A DNA stretch of 64,000 bases. It comes from Squalus acanthias (Eukaryota). Shown piece after piece: positions 12,405-24,112 of this stretch (the stretch's first letter is position 1; every line of letters begins with the position of its first letter). The notes under the pieces were generated by a model that saw only the letters and a list, made by a program, of their open reading frames with translations, did no database searches and was not told the DNA's origin. The stretch lies in assembly GCA_030390025.1 (NCBI GenBank), contig CM059432.1, forward strand, positions 141,982,001 through 142,046,000, in the 5' to 3' direction. The position numbers and the translations under genes were made by a program.

Positions 12405-12758
12405 CCTAACAAAAAATCTCAGTTTTGAAATTTTCAATTGACCCCCCAGCCTCAACAGCTTTTTGGGGGAGAGTTTCAGATTTCCACTATCCTTTGTGTA
12501 AAGAACTGCTTCCTGACATCACCCCTGAACGGCCTCGCTCTAATTTTAAGGTTATGCCCTACTTGTTCTGGACTGTCCCCCACCAGAGGAAATAGTTTCT
12601 CTCTATCTACCCTATCAACTCCTTTAATCATCTTAAACACCTCAATTAGATCACCCCTTAATCTTCTATACTGGAGGGAATACAAGCAACCTGTCCTCCT
12701 AATTTAACCCTTTTCGCCCCCGGTATCATTCTGGTGAATCTGCACTGCACTCGCTCCA
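12405..12758 (-). mobile_element. CR1 LINE fragment, close relative of 5850-6200
   Basis: ORF 12476-12685 RRLRGDLIEVFKMIKGVDRVDREKLFPL. Confidence 0.85.
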
Positions 12759-13204
12759 ATTTCTTGTGACCTTAATACAAACCTATGCACCAGTGTAAAG
12801 AATTAAATAAATGCAGTGTAGGAAACTCTATTAAAGACAGCACTGCACTTTGTGCTGGATATTAATAGAGAGTTTCACTTGGTATATTCACCCTCATTTG
12901 GGAGTCTCTTAAGTGGAATAAATTGCAAGGTAAAATCATTAAGTGGAGCAAATGGAAATTATTTAGCAGGCAGACATCCTTTCAATGGGATTTTGTCAAT
13001 AAACACATCTTTATCAGTTCTTGCTGGTGCCTAAATACTTCTTATAATCTCAAGGTTTATATGTATTTATGTAATTCTGTAATTACCATGGAAACCGACC
13101 TTTCCCATGGATAGGAGTGTCAATTGTGATGCCATAGAACTGGGAGGGACAGGAGAAGGCTAATTCCTCACACAGGGTAGAGTTTAACCACAGGGCAAAC
13201 ATCC

Positions 13205-13511
13205 CATAATCTGTTTTTAGCTGTTGGTTGAGGGATAAATGTTGGCCCACGACACCAGGGAGAACTCCTCTGCTCTTCTATCGAAATAGTGGCCGTGGGA
13301 TCTTTCCTGTCCACCTGAGAGGGCAGACGGGGGGCCTCGGTTTAACAACTCATCCGAAAGACGGCACCTCCGACAGTGCAGCACTCCCTCAGCACTGACA
13401 CCGGGAGTGTCGGCCAGGATTTTGTGCGCTCGAGTCTCTGGAGTGGGACTTGAATCCACGGCCTATCTGACTCGGAGGTGAGCGTGCTATCCACTGAGCC
13501 ATGGGCTGACG
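13205..13511 (-). mobile_element. Deu-type SINE (head plus core)
   Basis: Reverse complement GTCAGCCCATGGCTCAGTGG..GGATTCAAGTCCC and core. Confidence 0.85.
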
Positions 13512-14345
13512 CTGCAACAGGGCAAATAATCATTCAAATTGAAATCGGAATGGGATATGACTGAAAAATGAAGTGGAGTGCGCGATGCTCCGTAGAAATA
13601 GCAAGAGACAGATTCATGAGGCCAAAGCTGTAATTCTGTTGGCTGACATGTTCTCCCTGATTCATATATATTTTTTTCTGTCAATGAGATCTTGACAGGA
13701 CTGATAAAAGAGCCCCCAGTCCGTTGTCTAAGTAGCGCTGCATCAGTAATATGTCACCTACACAAAGTGTTAGATTAATAAAAATAGACAGTTGGCTGAA
13801 ATGTCAGACTACTTACAGATACAGAAGCAGAATGAGAATCCTCAGGAAAGCAAAGACCTATCTGTCATCTCTCAGCGTGGCTAGAGACCCTTTCTAAGTT
13901 CAACCAAAGAAACCTCTGCCTTACCTGCTCTCAGTTTTGGGTCACAGGTGTGAGGAGAATAGTGAGACTGAACAGCTTCTCACTTGGAAGAAGCACAGAG
14001 TTAGGATGTAGAACACACACCATGCACTATCACTAAGGGTGTGCCAGGGCTAAATACACTGTGAACTCACCCATACCACACACTATGAAGGTTAATAAAA
14101 GTTGGGTTGACTGATACTAGAAGTTCTTTTGGTATGAGGCAGATTAACCTTATTGGGGAGAGAAGATGTGGGATTCAAGGATGTGGTTGGGCGAAAATCT
14201 ATTTGGCAAGGATATTAAGCACATACGAAAATAGCTGTTGTGCACTTGTGTATAAGGCATTTAATTAAAGGCTTGATAAATTTGACCTTGTCTGATAACT
14301 TTGGCACACTGAGAAACTCTGTGCAGCCAATTTCTGAAGAGAAAC

Positions 14346-15123
14346 TGCAGCCCGTTGACTGAAAATGAAGGGGAATCTGCAATCCATTGACTGAGAATGA
14401 AGGGAATCTGTAGCCCATTGACTGAGAATGAAGGGAATCTGCAGTCCATTGACTGAGAATGAGAGGAATCTGTAGCCCATTGACCTAGAATGAAGAGGAA
14501 TCTGTAGCCCATTGACCTAGAATGAAGAGGAATCTGTAGCCCATTGACCTAGAATGAAGAGGAATCTGTAGCCCATTGACTGAGAATGAAGGGAATCTGC
14601 AGCCCATTGACTGAGAATGAAGAGGAATCTGCAGCCCATTGACTGAGAATGAAGGGGAATCTGTAGCCCATTGACCTAGAACAAAGGGGAATCTGCAGCC
14701 CATTGACTGAGAATGAAGGGAATCTGCAGCCCATTGACTGAGAATGAAGAGGAATCTGCAGCCCATTGACTGAGAATGAAGAGGAATCTGCAGCCCATTG
14801 ACCTAGAACGAAGGGGAATCTGCAGCCCATTGACTGAGAATGAAGAGGAATCTGCAGCCCATTGACCTAGAATGAAGAGGAATCTGCAGCCCATTGACCT
14901 AGAATGAAGAGGAATCTGCAGCCCATTGACTGAGAATGAAGGGAATCTGCAGCCCATTGACTGAGAATGAAGGGAATCTGTAGCCCATTGACCTAGAACG
15001 AAGGGGAATCTGCAGTCCATTGACTGAGAATGAAGAGGAATCTGCAGCCCATTGACTGAGAATGAAGGGAATCTGCAGCCCATTGACCTAGAACGAAGGG
15101 GAATCTGCAGCCCATTGACTGAG
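14346..15123. repeat. Minisatellite, 31-32-bp unit GAGAATGAAG(A/G)GGAATCTG(C/T)AGCCCATTGAC(T/C), left part
   Basis: Over 20 tandem units visible. Confidence 0.97.
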
Positions 15124-16059
15124 AAAATAAGAATTGGAGCAGGAGTAAGCCATACGGTCCCTCGAGCCTGCTCCGCCATTCAATAAGATCATGGTTGATC
15201 TTCAACCTCAACTCCACTTTCCCACCCTAGCCCCATATCCCTTGATTCACTTAGTATCCAAAAATCTATCTATCTTAGCCTTGAATATACTCAATGATTC
15301 AGCATGCACAGCCCTTCGGGGTAGAGAATTCCAAAGATTCACAACCCTCTGAGTGAAGAAATTCCTCCTCATCTCAATCTTAAAAGGCCGACCCATTATC
15401 CTGAGACTTTGCCCCCTAGTTCTAGACACTCCAGCCAACAATCTCTCAGCATCTACCCTGTCAATCCCCCTTAGAATCTTGTATGTTTCAATGAGATCAC
15501 CTCTCATTCTTCTAAACTCCAGAGAGTATAGGCCCAATCTACTCAATCTCTCCTCATAGGACAGCCCTCTCATCCCAGGAATCAATCTAGTGAACCTTCG
15601 TTGCACTCCCTCTAAGGCAAGTATATCCTTCCTTAGATAAGGAGACAAAAACTGCGCACAGCACTCCAGGTGTGGTCTCACCAAAGCCCTGTACAATTGC
15701 AGCAAGACTTCCTTACTCTTGTACTCCAACCCCCTTGCAATAAAGGCCAACATGCCATTTGCCTTCCTAATTGATTGCTGTACCTGCATGCTAACTCTCT
15801 GTTTCTTGTACTACAACATGTAAATCTCTCTGAACACCAACATTTAATAGTTTCTCACCATTTAAAAAATAGTCTGTTTTTCTATTCTTCCTACCAAAGT
15901 GAATAACCTCACATTTCCTCACATTATACCCCATCTGCCACCATATTGCCCATAACCCTCACACAACCCTGCCTATATCACTTTGCAGACTTTTTGTGTC
16001 CTCCTCACAGCTTACTTTCCCACCTAGCCTTGTATCGTCAGCAAACTTGGAAACCTTAC

Positions 16060-16279
16060 GATAGCAAAATACTGCGGATGCTGGAAATCCGAAATAACAA
16101 CAGAAAACGCTGGAAAAACTCAGCAGGCCAGACAACATCCGTGGAGAGAGAAAGAGAGTTAACGTTTCAGGTCGAAACCCTTCGTGACGAAGGGTTTCGA
16201 CCTGAAACGTTAACTCTCTTTCTCTCTCCACGGATGTTGTCTGGCCTGCTGAGTTTTTCCAGCATTTTCTGTTGTTATT
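16060..16279. mobile_element. Penelope-like palindromic insert
   Basis: Near-perfect inverted repeat centred on 16186; 13-bp TSD TTGGAAACCTTAC (16047-16059, 16280-16292); TGACGA..GAAACGTT hammerhead remnant. Confidence 0.8.
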
Positions 16280-16661
16280 TTGGAAACCTTACATTTGGTC
16301 CCTTCATCTAAGTCATTGATGTAGATTGTAAATAGCTGAGGCTCAAGCACTGATCCTTGCGGCACCCCACTATTTGCAGTCTGCCAAACTGAAAAATGAC
16401 CCGTTTATCCCTACTCTCTTTTCTGTCGGTTAACCAATCCTCTATCCATGCTAATACATTACCCCCAATCCCATGAGACCTTATCTTGCGTAACAACCTT
16501 TTATGTGGTACCTTATTGAATGCCTTTTGGAAATCCAAATATACTACATCCACTGGTTCCCCTTTCTCTACCCTGCCAGTAAGATCCTCAAAACACTCTA
16601 ATAAATTTGTTAAACATGATTTCCCTTTCATAAAACCATGTTGACTCTGTCTAATCATATT

Positions 16662-17424
16662 GGCCCAGAAATTCCGGTCGGAGGCTTCCCGCGGGCGCAA
16701 GCCCCCGACCTGCACTTAAGAAGCGCGCCTACCGTTATGCTCTGGGCCCACACAGAATTCCATTCCTGTGCCTGCTCCAGCTGTCGGTGTGCAGGGCATG
16801 CGTATCCCAGGGGCGCAGCTAGTTTGCAGCGTCCCTGGGATCACGTGGGCCATGGAGAGCCAATCGGAGCAGGGAATCTCCATTCATAGATTTGACAGGA
16901 AGACCTGTCAAATCTATGAATAGAGATCGGCCCCAAAACCTAAGTAAAACTTCAAATAATTTTTTTTTTTAAATCACATTTTTAAAATAACTATAAATTA
17001 CATAAATTAACTACTTTAAACAAAAATTTAATTTTTGAAAAAAATAATTAAAGTTTTTAACGGGGCTAAAAATAAACTTACCTTTCTTTAAAGTATTTTA
17101 AAATGATAAACCTGTGGAAAAAATGTTTTACTTTTACTTTCTTCACCTCTTACCTTGTTAAAAGCAGGCCTTGCGCCTGCTTTTTCCACACGCAGCTGCT
17201 AGGGACTTACCCGCACTGCATCAACTGAGAAAAAAACGGAAGTTCGAAGCGTACGCGCTGCCTCTCCGGCGCACGCAGTTGACCTGTGAACCCCTTCCTT
17301 CAAGAGAACGGAAGTTCCGGTTTCCAGCGCATATGCAGTGCAAGCACGAAACCGGCACTTCCGTTGGCCCTACGGGTGAGTACACAAGCGCGTACTCACC
17401 TGTAGGGAATGGAATTTCAGGGCC
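16662..17424. mobile_element. PIF/Harbinger-like MITE
   Basis: TIRs GGCCCAGAAATTCC / GGAATTTCAGGGCC; 3-bp TSD ATT; removal restores the CR1 sequence. Confidence 0.85.
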
Positions 17425-17469
17425 ATTATGATTTTCTAAGTGCCATGTTACCACTTCCTTAATAATGGA

Positions 17470-17592
17470 ACCACACCGTCTGCAGCAGTTCAAGAAGGCG
17501 GCTCACCACCACCTTCTCAAGGGCAATTAGGGGTGGGCAATAAATGCTGGCCTTGCAAGTGACACCCACATCCCAGGAACGAATAAAAAAAA
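17470..17592 (+). mobile_element. 3' tail fragment of the Zenon-like LINE with A tail, nested in CR1
   Basis: TTCAAGAAGGCGGCTCACCACCACC..ACATCCCAGGAACGAATAAAAAAAA. Confidence 0.82.
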
Positions 17593-17925
17593 GGTTCCAG
17601 CAATTTCCCGACGACTGATATCAGGCTAACCGGCCTGTAGTTCCCCGTTTTCTCTCTCCCTCCTTTCTTGAATAGCAGGGTTACATTTGCTACCTTCCAA
17701 TCCGCTGGGACCATACCAGAATCTAGGGAATTTTGGAAGATCACAACCAATGCATCCACTGTCTCTGCAGCCACCTCTTTTAGAACCTGAGGATGTAGGC
17801 CATCAGGTCCAGGGGATTTGTCGGCTTTTAGTGCCATTAGTTTTTCAAGCATTTTTTCTCTACTGAAATTAATTACTTTAAGTTCCTCACTCTCATTAGC
17901 CCCTTGGTTCCCCACTATTTTTGGT

Positions 17926-18396
17926 ATGAAAGGAAATCTGCTGTTCATTGACGTAGACTGAGGGGAATCTGCAGTCCATTGACTGAGACTGAGGGGAATC
18001 TGCAGCCCACTGACTGAGAATGAAAGGGAATCTGCAGCCCATTGACCGAGAATGAAGGGGAATCTGTAGCCCACTGACTGAGAATGAAAGGGAATCTGTA
18101 GCCCACCGACTGAGAATGAAAGGGAATCTGCAGCCCACTGACTGAGAATGAAAGGGAATCTATAGCCCACTGACTGAGAATGAAAGGGAATCTGTAGCCC
18201 ACTGACTGAGAATGAAAGGGAATCTGTAGCCCACTGACTGAGAATGAAAGGGAATCTATAGCCCACTGACTGAGAATGAAAGGGAATCTATAGCCCACTG
18301 ACTGAGAATGAAAGGGAATCTGTAGCCCACTGACTGAGAATGAAAGGGAATCTATAGCCCACTGACTGAGAATGAAAGGGAATCTGCCGTCCACTG
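17926..18396. repeat. Minisatellite, 32-bp unit GAGAATGAAAGGGAATCT(G/A)TAGCCCACTGACT, right part
   Basis: Tandem units homologous to 14346-15123. Confidence 0.97.
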
Positions 18397-18809
18397 TCAG
18401 TGTGGAGCCTTAATGGTGGCAGGACCCTGAATTGGAGAAGAAAACAAGGGCCTCGGTACATACAGGTGTGAGCCTCTTTGAAAGGGGCAACTTGTTAAAA
18501 CCAGATCCCGTGCTTTCAGGCTGGGCTCTGCCCATAGCTTGTGCGCTCACCCATGTAGAATGGGTGCATGGGAACCTTTGGGACCCGGCCTGCTCAAGTA
18601 GACTTCTTAAAAGAAGTTTCAGTTGTTATTTTTCCTTGTGTGTGTGTTTTCAGTTACATTTTTCTCCATGCATTAGTTGGTTTTTGCTGGGCTGTCCTTG
18701 TAATTCTGGGAATTATTTTTCTGCCAGTTATTCTTGGCATTTAAATCACACAAAATGGAGTAGTGGTGCAATTCTTTTGGAGTCACTGGTGATGTTCCAT
18801 GATTTAGAC

Positions 18810-19335
18810 CAGTGGTTCTCAAACCTTTCTGGTTGAAGGGCCCCTTTTCAAATGGATTAGTAATCACGGACCCCCATCTAAATTATAATACTCCATAATA
18901 CTCATAATATGAAAGTGCTGTATGTAAAGAGTGTTTTAATAGTGCTTTGAAGAAAACAGGTATTTACTTTCAGACATCAGTGAGATGGGTGTGCCACACT
19001 ATCATTGTTTTTTTTTTTGGCACCCACCACCAGCCTTGGTAACATCCGGTCTACCTGGCGATCTTCGTGCCACTCTCACCGCTCCTTCATGCGCGCTTCC
19101 CTCCTGGGTGACACAGCCAGCCCACTCTGCGCTGCACATGTGGTGGCCGCACTCCACTCCCACCTCTCGGCTCGCACCAAGCCCACCTCCGGCCGCCGCT
19201 CACTCGATTACTCTTGACCATGGCGTCCATCCCCCCCCCGCCCCCACCGGCCCCGTAAGGTCGGCCCTGCTTGGTACTCACCTTATTTTGTGACCAGTCT
19301 CTACAGACTCCCAGGGGTCCGCGGACCCCAGGTTT
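18810..19335. mobile_element. hAT-Charlie-like non-autonomous element; right TIR broken by the LINE at 19333-23470
   Basis: Left TIR CAGTGGTTCTCAAACC; right end ..CCCCAGGTTT | LINE | TTTGAGA; TSD ATTTAGAC (18802-18809) / ATTTAGAT (23477-23484). Confidence 0.7.
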
Positions 19336-22300
19336 TTTTTATTCGTTTATGGGATGTGGGGGTCGCTGGCACGGCCAGCATTTATTGCCCATCCCTAATT
19401 GCCCTTGGTGAGCCGCCTTCTTGAACCCCTGCAGTCCGTGTGGTGAAGGTACTCCCACAGTGCTGTTAGGGAGGGAGTTCCAGGATTTTGACCCAGCGAT
19501 GATAAAGGAACGGCGATATACTTCTAAGTCAGGATGGTGTGTGACTTGGAGGGGAACTTGGAGGTGGTGGTGTTCCCATGCGCCTGCTGCCCTTGTCCTT
19601 CTAGGTGGAAGAGGTCGCAGGTTTGGGAGGTGCTGCCGAAGAAGCCTTGGCGAGTTGCTGCAGTGCATCTTGTAGATGGTACACACTGCAGCCACGGTAT
19701 GCCGGTGATGGAGGGAATGAATGTTTAAGGTGGTGGATGGGGTGCCAATCAAGCGGGCTGCTTTGTTCTGGATGGTGTCGAGCTTCTTGAGTGTTGTTGG
19801 AGCTGCACTCATCCAGGCAATTGGAGAGTATTCCATCACACACCTTACTTGTGCCTTGTAGATGGTGGAAAGGCTTTGGGGAGTCAGAAGGTGAGACACT
19901 CGCCGCAGAATATCTAGCCTCTGGCCTGCTCTTGTTGCCACAGTATTTATGTGGCTGGTCCAGTTAAGTTTCTGGTCAATGGTGACCCCCAGGATGTTGA
20001 TGGTGGGGGATTCAGCGATGGTAATGCCATTGAATGTCAAGGAACAGCTTGTACTGGAACAGCTTGGCTAGAGGCGCGGCTAGTTCTGGAGCACAAGTCA
20101 TAGAGTCATAGAGTCATAATGGCACAGAAAGAGGCCATTCGACCCATCGAGTCTGTGCCGGCTCTCTGCAGAGCAATCCAGTCAGTCCCATTCCCCCGCT
20201 CTATCCCCGTAGCCCTGCAAGTTTATTTCCCTCAAATGCCTATCCAGTCTCCCCTTGAAAACATTGAGTGTCTCCACTTCCACCACTTCCGTCAGCAGCG
20301 AATTCCAGCGAATTACACCACTCGCTGTGTAAAAAAGTTTTTCCTCACATCCCCCCTGTATCTCTTGCCCAAAACCTTAATTCTGTGTCCCCTAGTCCTT
20401 GTGCCATCAAGTAGTGGGAACAGCCTTTCCCCATCTAGCCTATCCAAACACCTCTATCAAATCACCCCTCAACCTCCTTTGCTCTAATGAAAACAAATCC
20501 AGCTTCTCCAACCTGTCCTTGTAGCTAAGATCCCCCATCCCCAGAACCATTCTGGTAAATCTCCTCTGCACCCTCTCAAGGGCCTTCACATCCTTCCTAA
20601 AGTGTGGTGACCAGAACTAGACCCAATACTCCAGTTGTGGCCTAACCAGCGCTTTATAAAGATTCAGCATAGCTTCTCTACTTTTGTACTCAATACCTCT
20701 ATTTATGAAGCCCAAGATCCCATATGCTTTGTTAACCACTTTCTCAATATGTCCTGTCACCTTCAGCGACCTATGCACATTAACTCTCAGGTCCCTCTGT
20801 CCCTGCACACTCTTTAAAACTGTGCCATTAAGTGTATATTGCCTCTCCCTGTTCCTTCTGCCAAAATGCATCACCTCACACTTCTCTGTATTAAATTCCA
20901 TCTGCCACTTGTCTGCCCATTCTGCTAGCCTTTCTATGTCCTGTTGCAGTCGATTGATGTCATCATCACTGTTTGCCACACTCCCAAGTTTGGTGTCATC
21001 GGCAAATTTAGAAATTCTACTCTGTATTCCAATATCTAGGTCATTTATATATATCAAAAAAAGCAGTGGCCCCAGCACTGACCCTTGAGGAACACAACTG
21101 TCTACCATCCTGCAGTCTGAAAAACAGCCATTTACCACAACTCGCTGTTTTCTGTCCTTAAGCCAATTCCTTATCCAAGCTGTCACTGACACACCTATTC
21201 CATGAGCCTCAATTTTGTTAACCAGCCTTCTATGTGGTACTTTGTCAAACGCCTTCCAAAAATCCATGTAGACAACATCCATTGCATTCCCTTCATCGAT
21301 CCTCCCTGTTACTTCATCAAAAAATTCAGTTAGATTAGTCAAACACAATCTGCCTTTTACAAACCCGTGTTGGCTTTCCTTAATTAGTTTAAATCTCTCC
21401 AAATGCCCGTTCATTTTTTCCTTGATTATTGTTTCTAAAACTTTACCCACCACTGATGTTAAACTGACCGGCCTGTAGTTACTAGGATTGTCCTTACACC
21501 CTTTCTTGAACAATGGCGTCACATTTACCACGTTCCAATCCCCAGGCACCTCCCCCGCATCGAGGGAAGATTGGAAAATTATGGCAAGCCCTTCTGCTAT
21601 CTCCTCCCCCAATTCCCTTAGCAACCTGGGATGCAAGCCATCTGGACCAGGCGACTTGTCCACTCTAAGCATACCCAGCCTTTCTAGTACATCCTGTCTA
21701 TCAATTTTCACCCCTTCCATTGCTTCTACCTTTTCCACTTCTACCGATATTTTGTCAACATCCACCTCCTCAGTAAACACTGATACAAAGTACTCATTGA
21801 GTATTCTAGCCTTGCCCTGCGCATCTAAGCATATATCACCTTCTTTGTCTCTAATAGGCCCCACCCCGCCTCTTACTACATGCTCACTATTTACATGCCG
21901 GTAGAAGTCTTCAGCACGATAGCCAGAATGTTGTCACGGCCATAGCCTTTACTGTATCCAGTGCGCTCAACCTTTTCTTGATACCACGTGGAGTGAATCG
22001 AATTGTCTGAAGACTGGCTTCTGTGATGGTGGGGACCTCAGGAGTAGGCCGATATGGATCATCCACTCGGCACTTCTAGTTGAAGATGGTTGCAAATGCT
22101 TTAGCCTTGTCTTTTGCACTCACGTGCTGGGCTCCACCATCATTGAGGATGTTCATGGCGCCTCCTCCCGTTAGTTGTTTAATGGTCCACCACCATTCAC
22201 GACTAGAGGTGGCAGGACTGTAGAGCTTTGATCTGATCCGTTGATTGTGGGATCGCTTAGCCCTGTCTATAGCATGCTGCTTCCTCTTTTTAGCATGCAT

Positions 22301-23470
22301 GCAGTCCTGTGTTGCAGCTTCCCACCTCGTTTTTAGGTACGCCTGGTGCTGCTCCTGGCATGCTCTTCTACACTCCTTATTGAACCAGGGTTGGTCCCCT
22401 GGTTTGATGGTAATGGTAGAGTGAGGGATATGCCAGGCCATGAGGTTACAGATTGTGGTGGAATACAATTCTGCTGCTGGTGCACAGTGCCTCATGGATG
22501 CCCAGTTTTGAGCTGCTAGATCTGTTCTGAATCTATCCCATTTAGAACGATGGAGGGTGTCCTCAGTGTGAAGGCTCCACAATGACTGTGCGGTGGTCAC
22601 TGCTGCCAATACTGTCATGGGCAGATGCGTCTGCGACAGGTAGATTGGTGAGGACGAGGTCAAGTAGGTTTTTCCCTCGTGTTGGTTCTACTCACCACCT
22701 ATCACAGGCCCAGACTGTCAGCTATGTCCTTCAGGACTCGGCCAGCAGTGGTGCTACAAAGCCACTCTTGGTGATGGACATTGAAGACCCCCACCCAGAG
22801 TACATTCTGTGCCCTTGCTACTCTCAGTGCTTCTTCCAAGTGGTGTTCAACATGGAGGAGTACTGATTCATCAGCTGAGGGAGGGCAATAGGCAGTAATC
22901 AGCTGGAGGTTTCCTTGACCTGAAGCCATGAGACTTCAGGGGGTCCAGAGTCACTGTTGAGGACTCCCAGGGCCACTCCTTCCCGATTGTATACCACAGT
23001 GCCGCCACCCCAGGGATGGTGATGGAAGAGTTTGGGAACATTGGCTGAAAGGTATGATTGTGTGAGTATGACTATGTCAGGTTAGTCTGTGGGACAGCTC
23101 TCCCAATTTTGGCACAGGTTCCCCGATGTTGGTGAGGAGGACTTTGCACTGTTGACTGGGCTGGGTGTGCCGTTGCCATGGCCGAGGTCGATGCCGGGTG
23201 GTCGACCTTGGCACCGGCATCGAGTATTCTTATTATTTTGTTTTTCATAGAGGTTTGTTATAACTGAGTGGCTTGCTAGGCCATTTTAGAGGGCAGTGAA
23301 GAGTCAACCACAATGCTGTGGGTTTGGAGTCATATATAGGCCAGACCAGGTAAGGACAGCAGATTTCATTTCCTAAAGGCCGTGGTGGGATTTGAACTCA
23401 CATCTCTGGATCATTAGTCCAAGCCTCTGGTTTACTAGCCCAGTGACATTACCACTATGCTACCGTTCCC
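19333..23470 (-). mobile_element. Zenon-like (CR1-group) single-ORF LINE with intact 5' tRNA-derived head; RT core deleted; interrupted by CR1 20098-21909
   Basis: A box 23452-23462, B box 23388-23399; APE motifs KVLLTNIG, PDIVILTQSYL, VGVFNVHH; C-terminus YKAQVRCVMEYSPIAW..SLHHRHTVAAVCTIYK; poly-A at 19333-19340. Confidence 0.85.
20098..21909 (-). mobile_element. 5'-truncated CR1 LINE with 415-aa open RT segment (20617-21864)
   Basis: KSPGPDG, NYRPVSLTS, QHGF, YMDFWKAFDKVPH, VPQGSVLGP, FADDTK; (ACTCTATG)n tail. Confidence 0.95.
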
Positions 23471-23637
23471 TTTGAGATTTAGATGAGGCAGAGATGCTCA
23501 TGAAGGGTTAACAGTTGCAACGACTTGTGGGGTGTCTTGTCTACACCTGTCACTACCCAGGGATCTGTATTTCCAGAACCCTCCACATCTAGCTAACATG
23601 CCAGAGGAGACCTCTTTTCATCAACCTCTGCTTTACA

Positions 23638-24112
23638 AAAAAAAGAAAGAACTTGCATTTCTATCACGCCTTTCATGACCTCAGGACATCCAAAAGTGCT
23701 TTACAGCCAATTAAGTACTTTTTTGAAGTGTAGTCACTGTTGGAACGTAGGAAATGCGGCAGCCAATTTGCACACAGCAAGCTCCCACAAACAGCAATGA
23801 AATAAATGACCAGATCATTTGTTTTTTTAGGTGTTGGTTGAGGGATAAATATTGGCCAGGACACCGGGGGAGAACTCCCCTTCTCTTCTTCAAATAATGC
23901 CGTGGGATCTTTTACATCCACCAAAAGAAGGCAGATGGGGCCTCAGTTTAACATTTCATCTGAAAGATGGCACCTCCAACATTGCAGCACTCCCTCAGTA
24001 CTACACTGGGAGTGTCAGTTTAGATTATGTGCTCAAGTCTCTGGAGTGGGGCTTGAAGCCCACAACCTTCTGACTCAGAGGTGAGATTGCTACCCATTGA
24101 GCCACAGCTGAT
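23638..24112 (-). mobile_element. Full-length Deu-type SINE
   Basis: Head, core and tail as 9948-10402. Confidence 0.9.

Larger units (their letters stand above)
15124..17925 (-). mobile_element. 5'-truncated CR1 LINE (RT region), carrying three nested insertions
   Basis: ORF fragments KSPGPDGLHP..NYRPVSL, QHGFMKGKSCLTNL..YLDFQKAF, KFADDT, LYRALVRPHLE. Confidence 0.93.

Noticed and set aside
14346..15123. CRISPR-like appearance of ~32-bp repeats
   Set aside because: No unique spacers, no cas genes, vertebrate context
14215..18394. Repetitive 'SQWAADS/SVNGLQIP' ORFs
   Set aside because: Translations of a 31-32-bp minisatellite, not a multiple of 3
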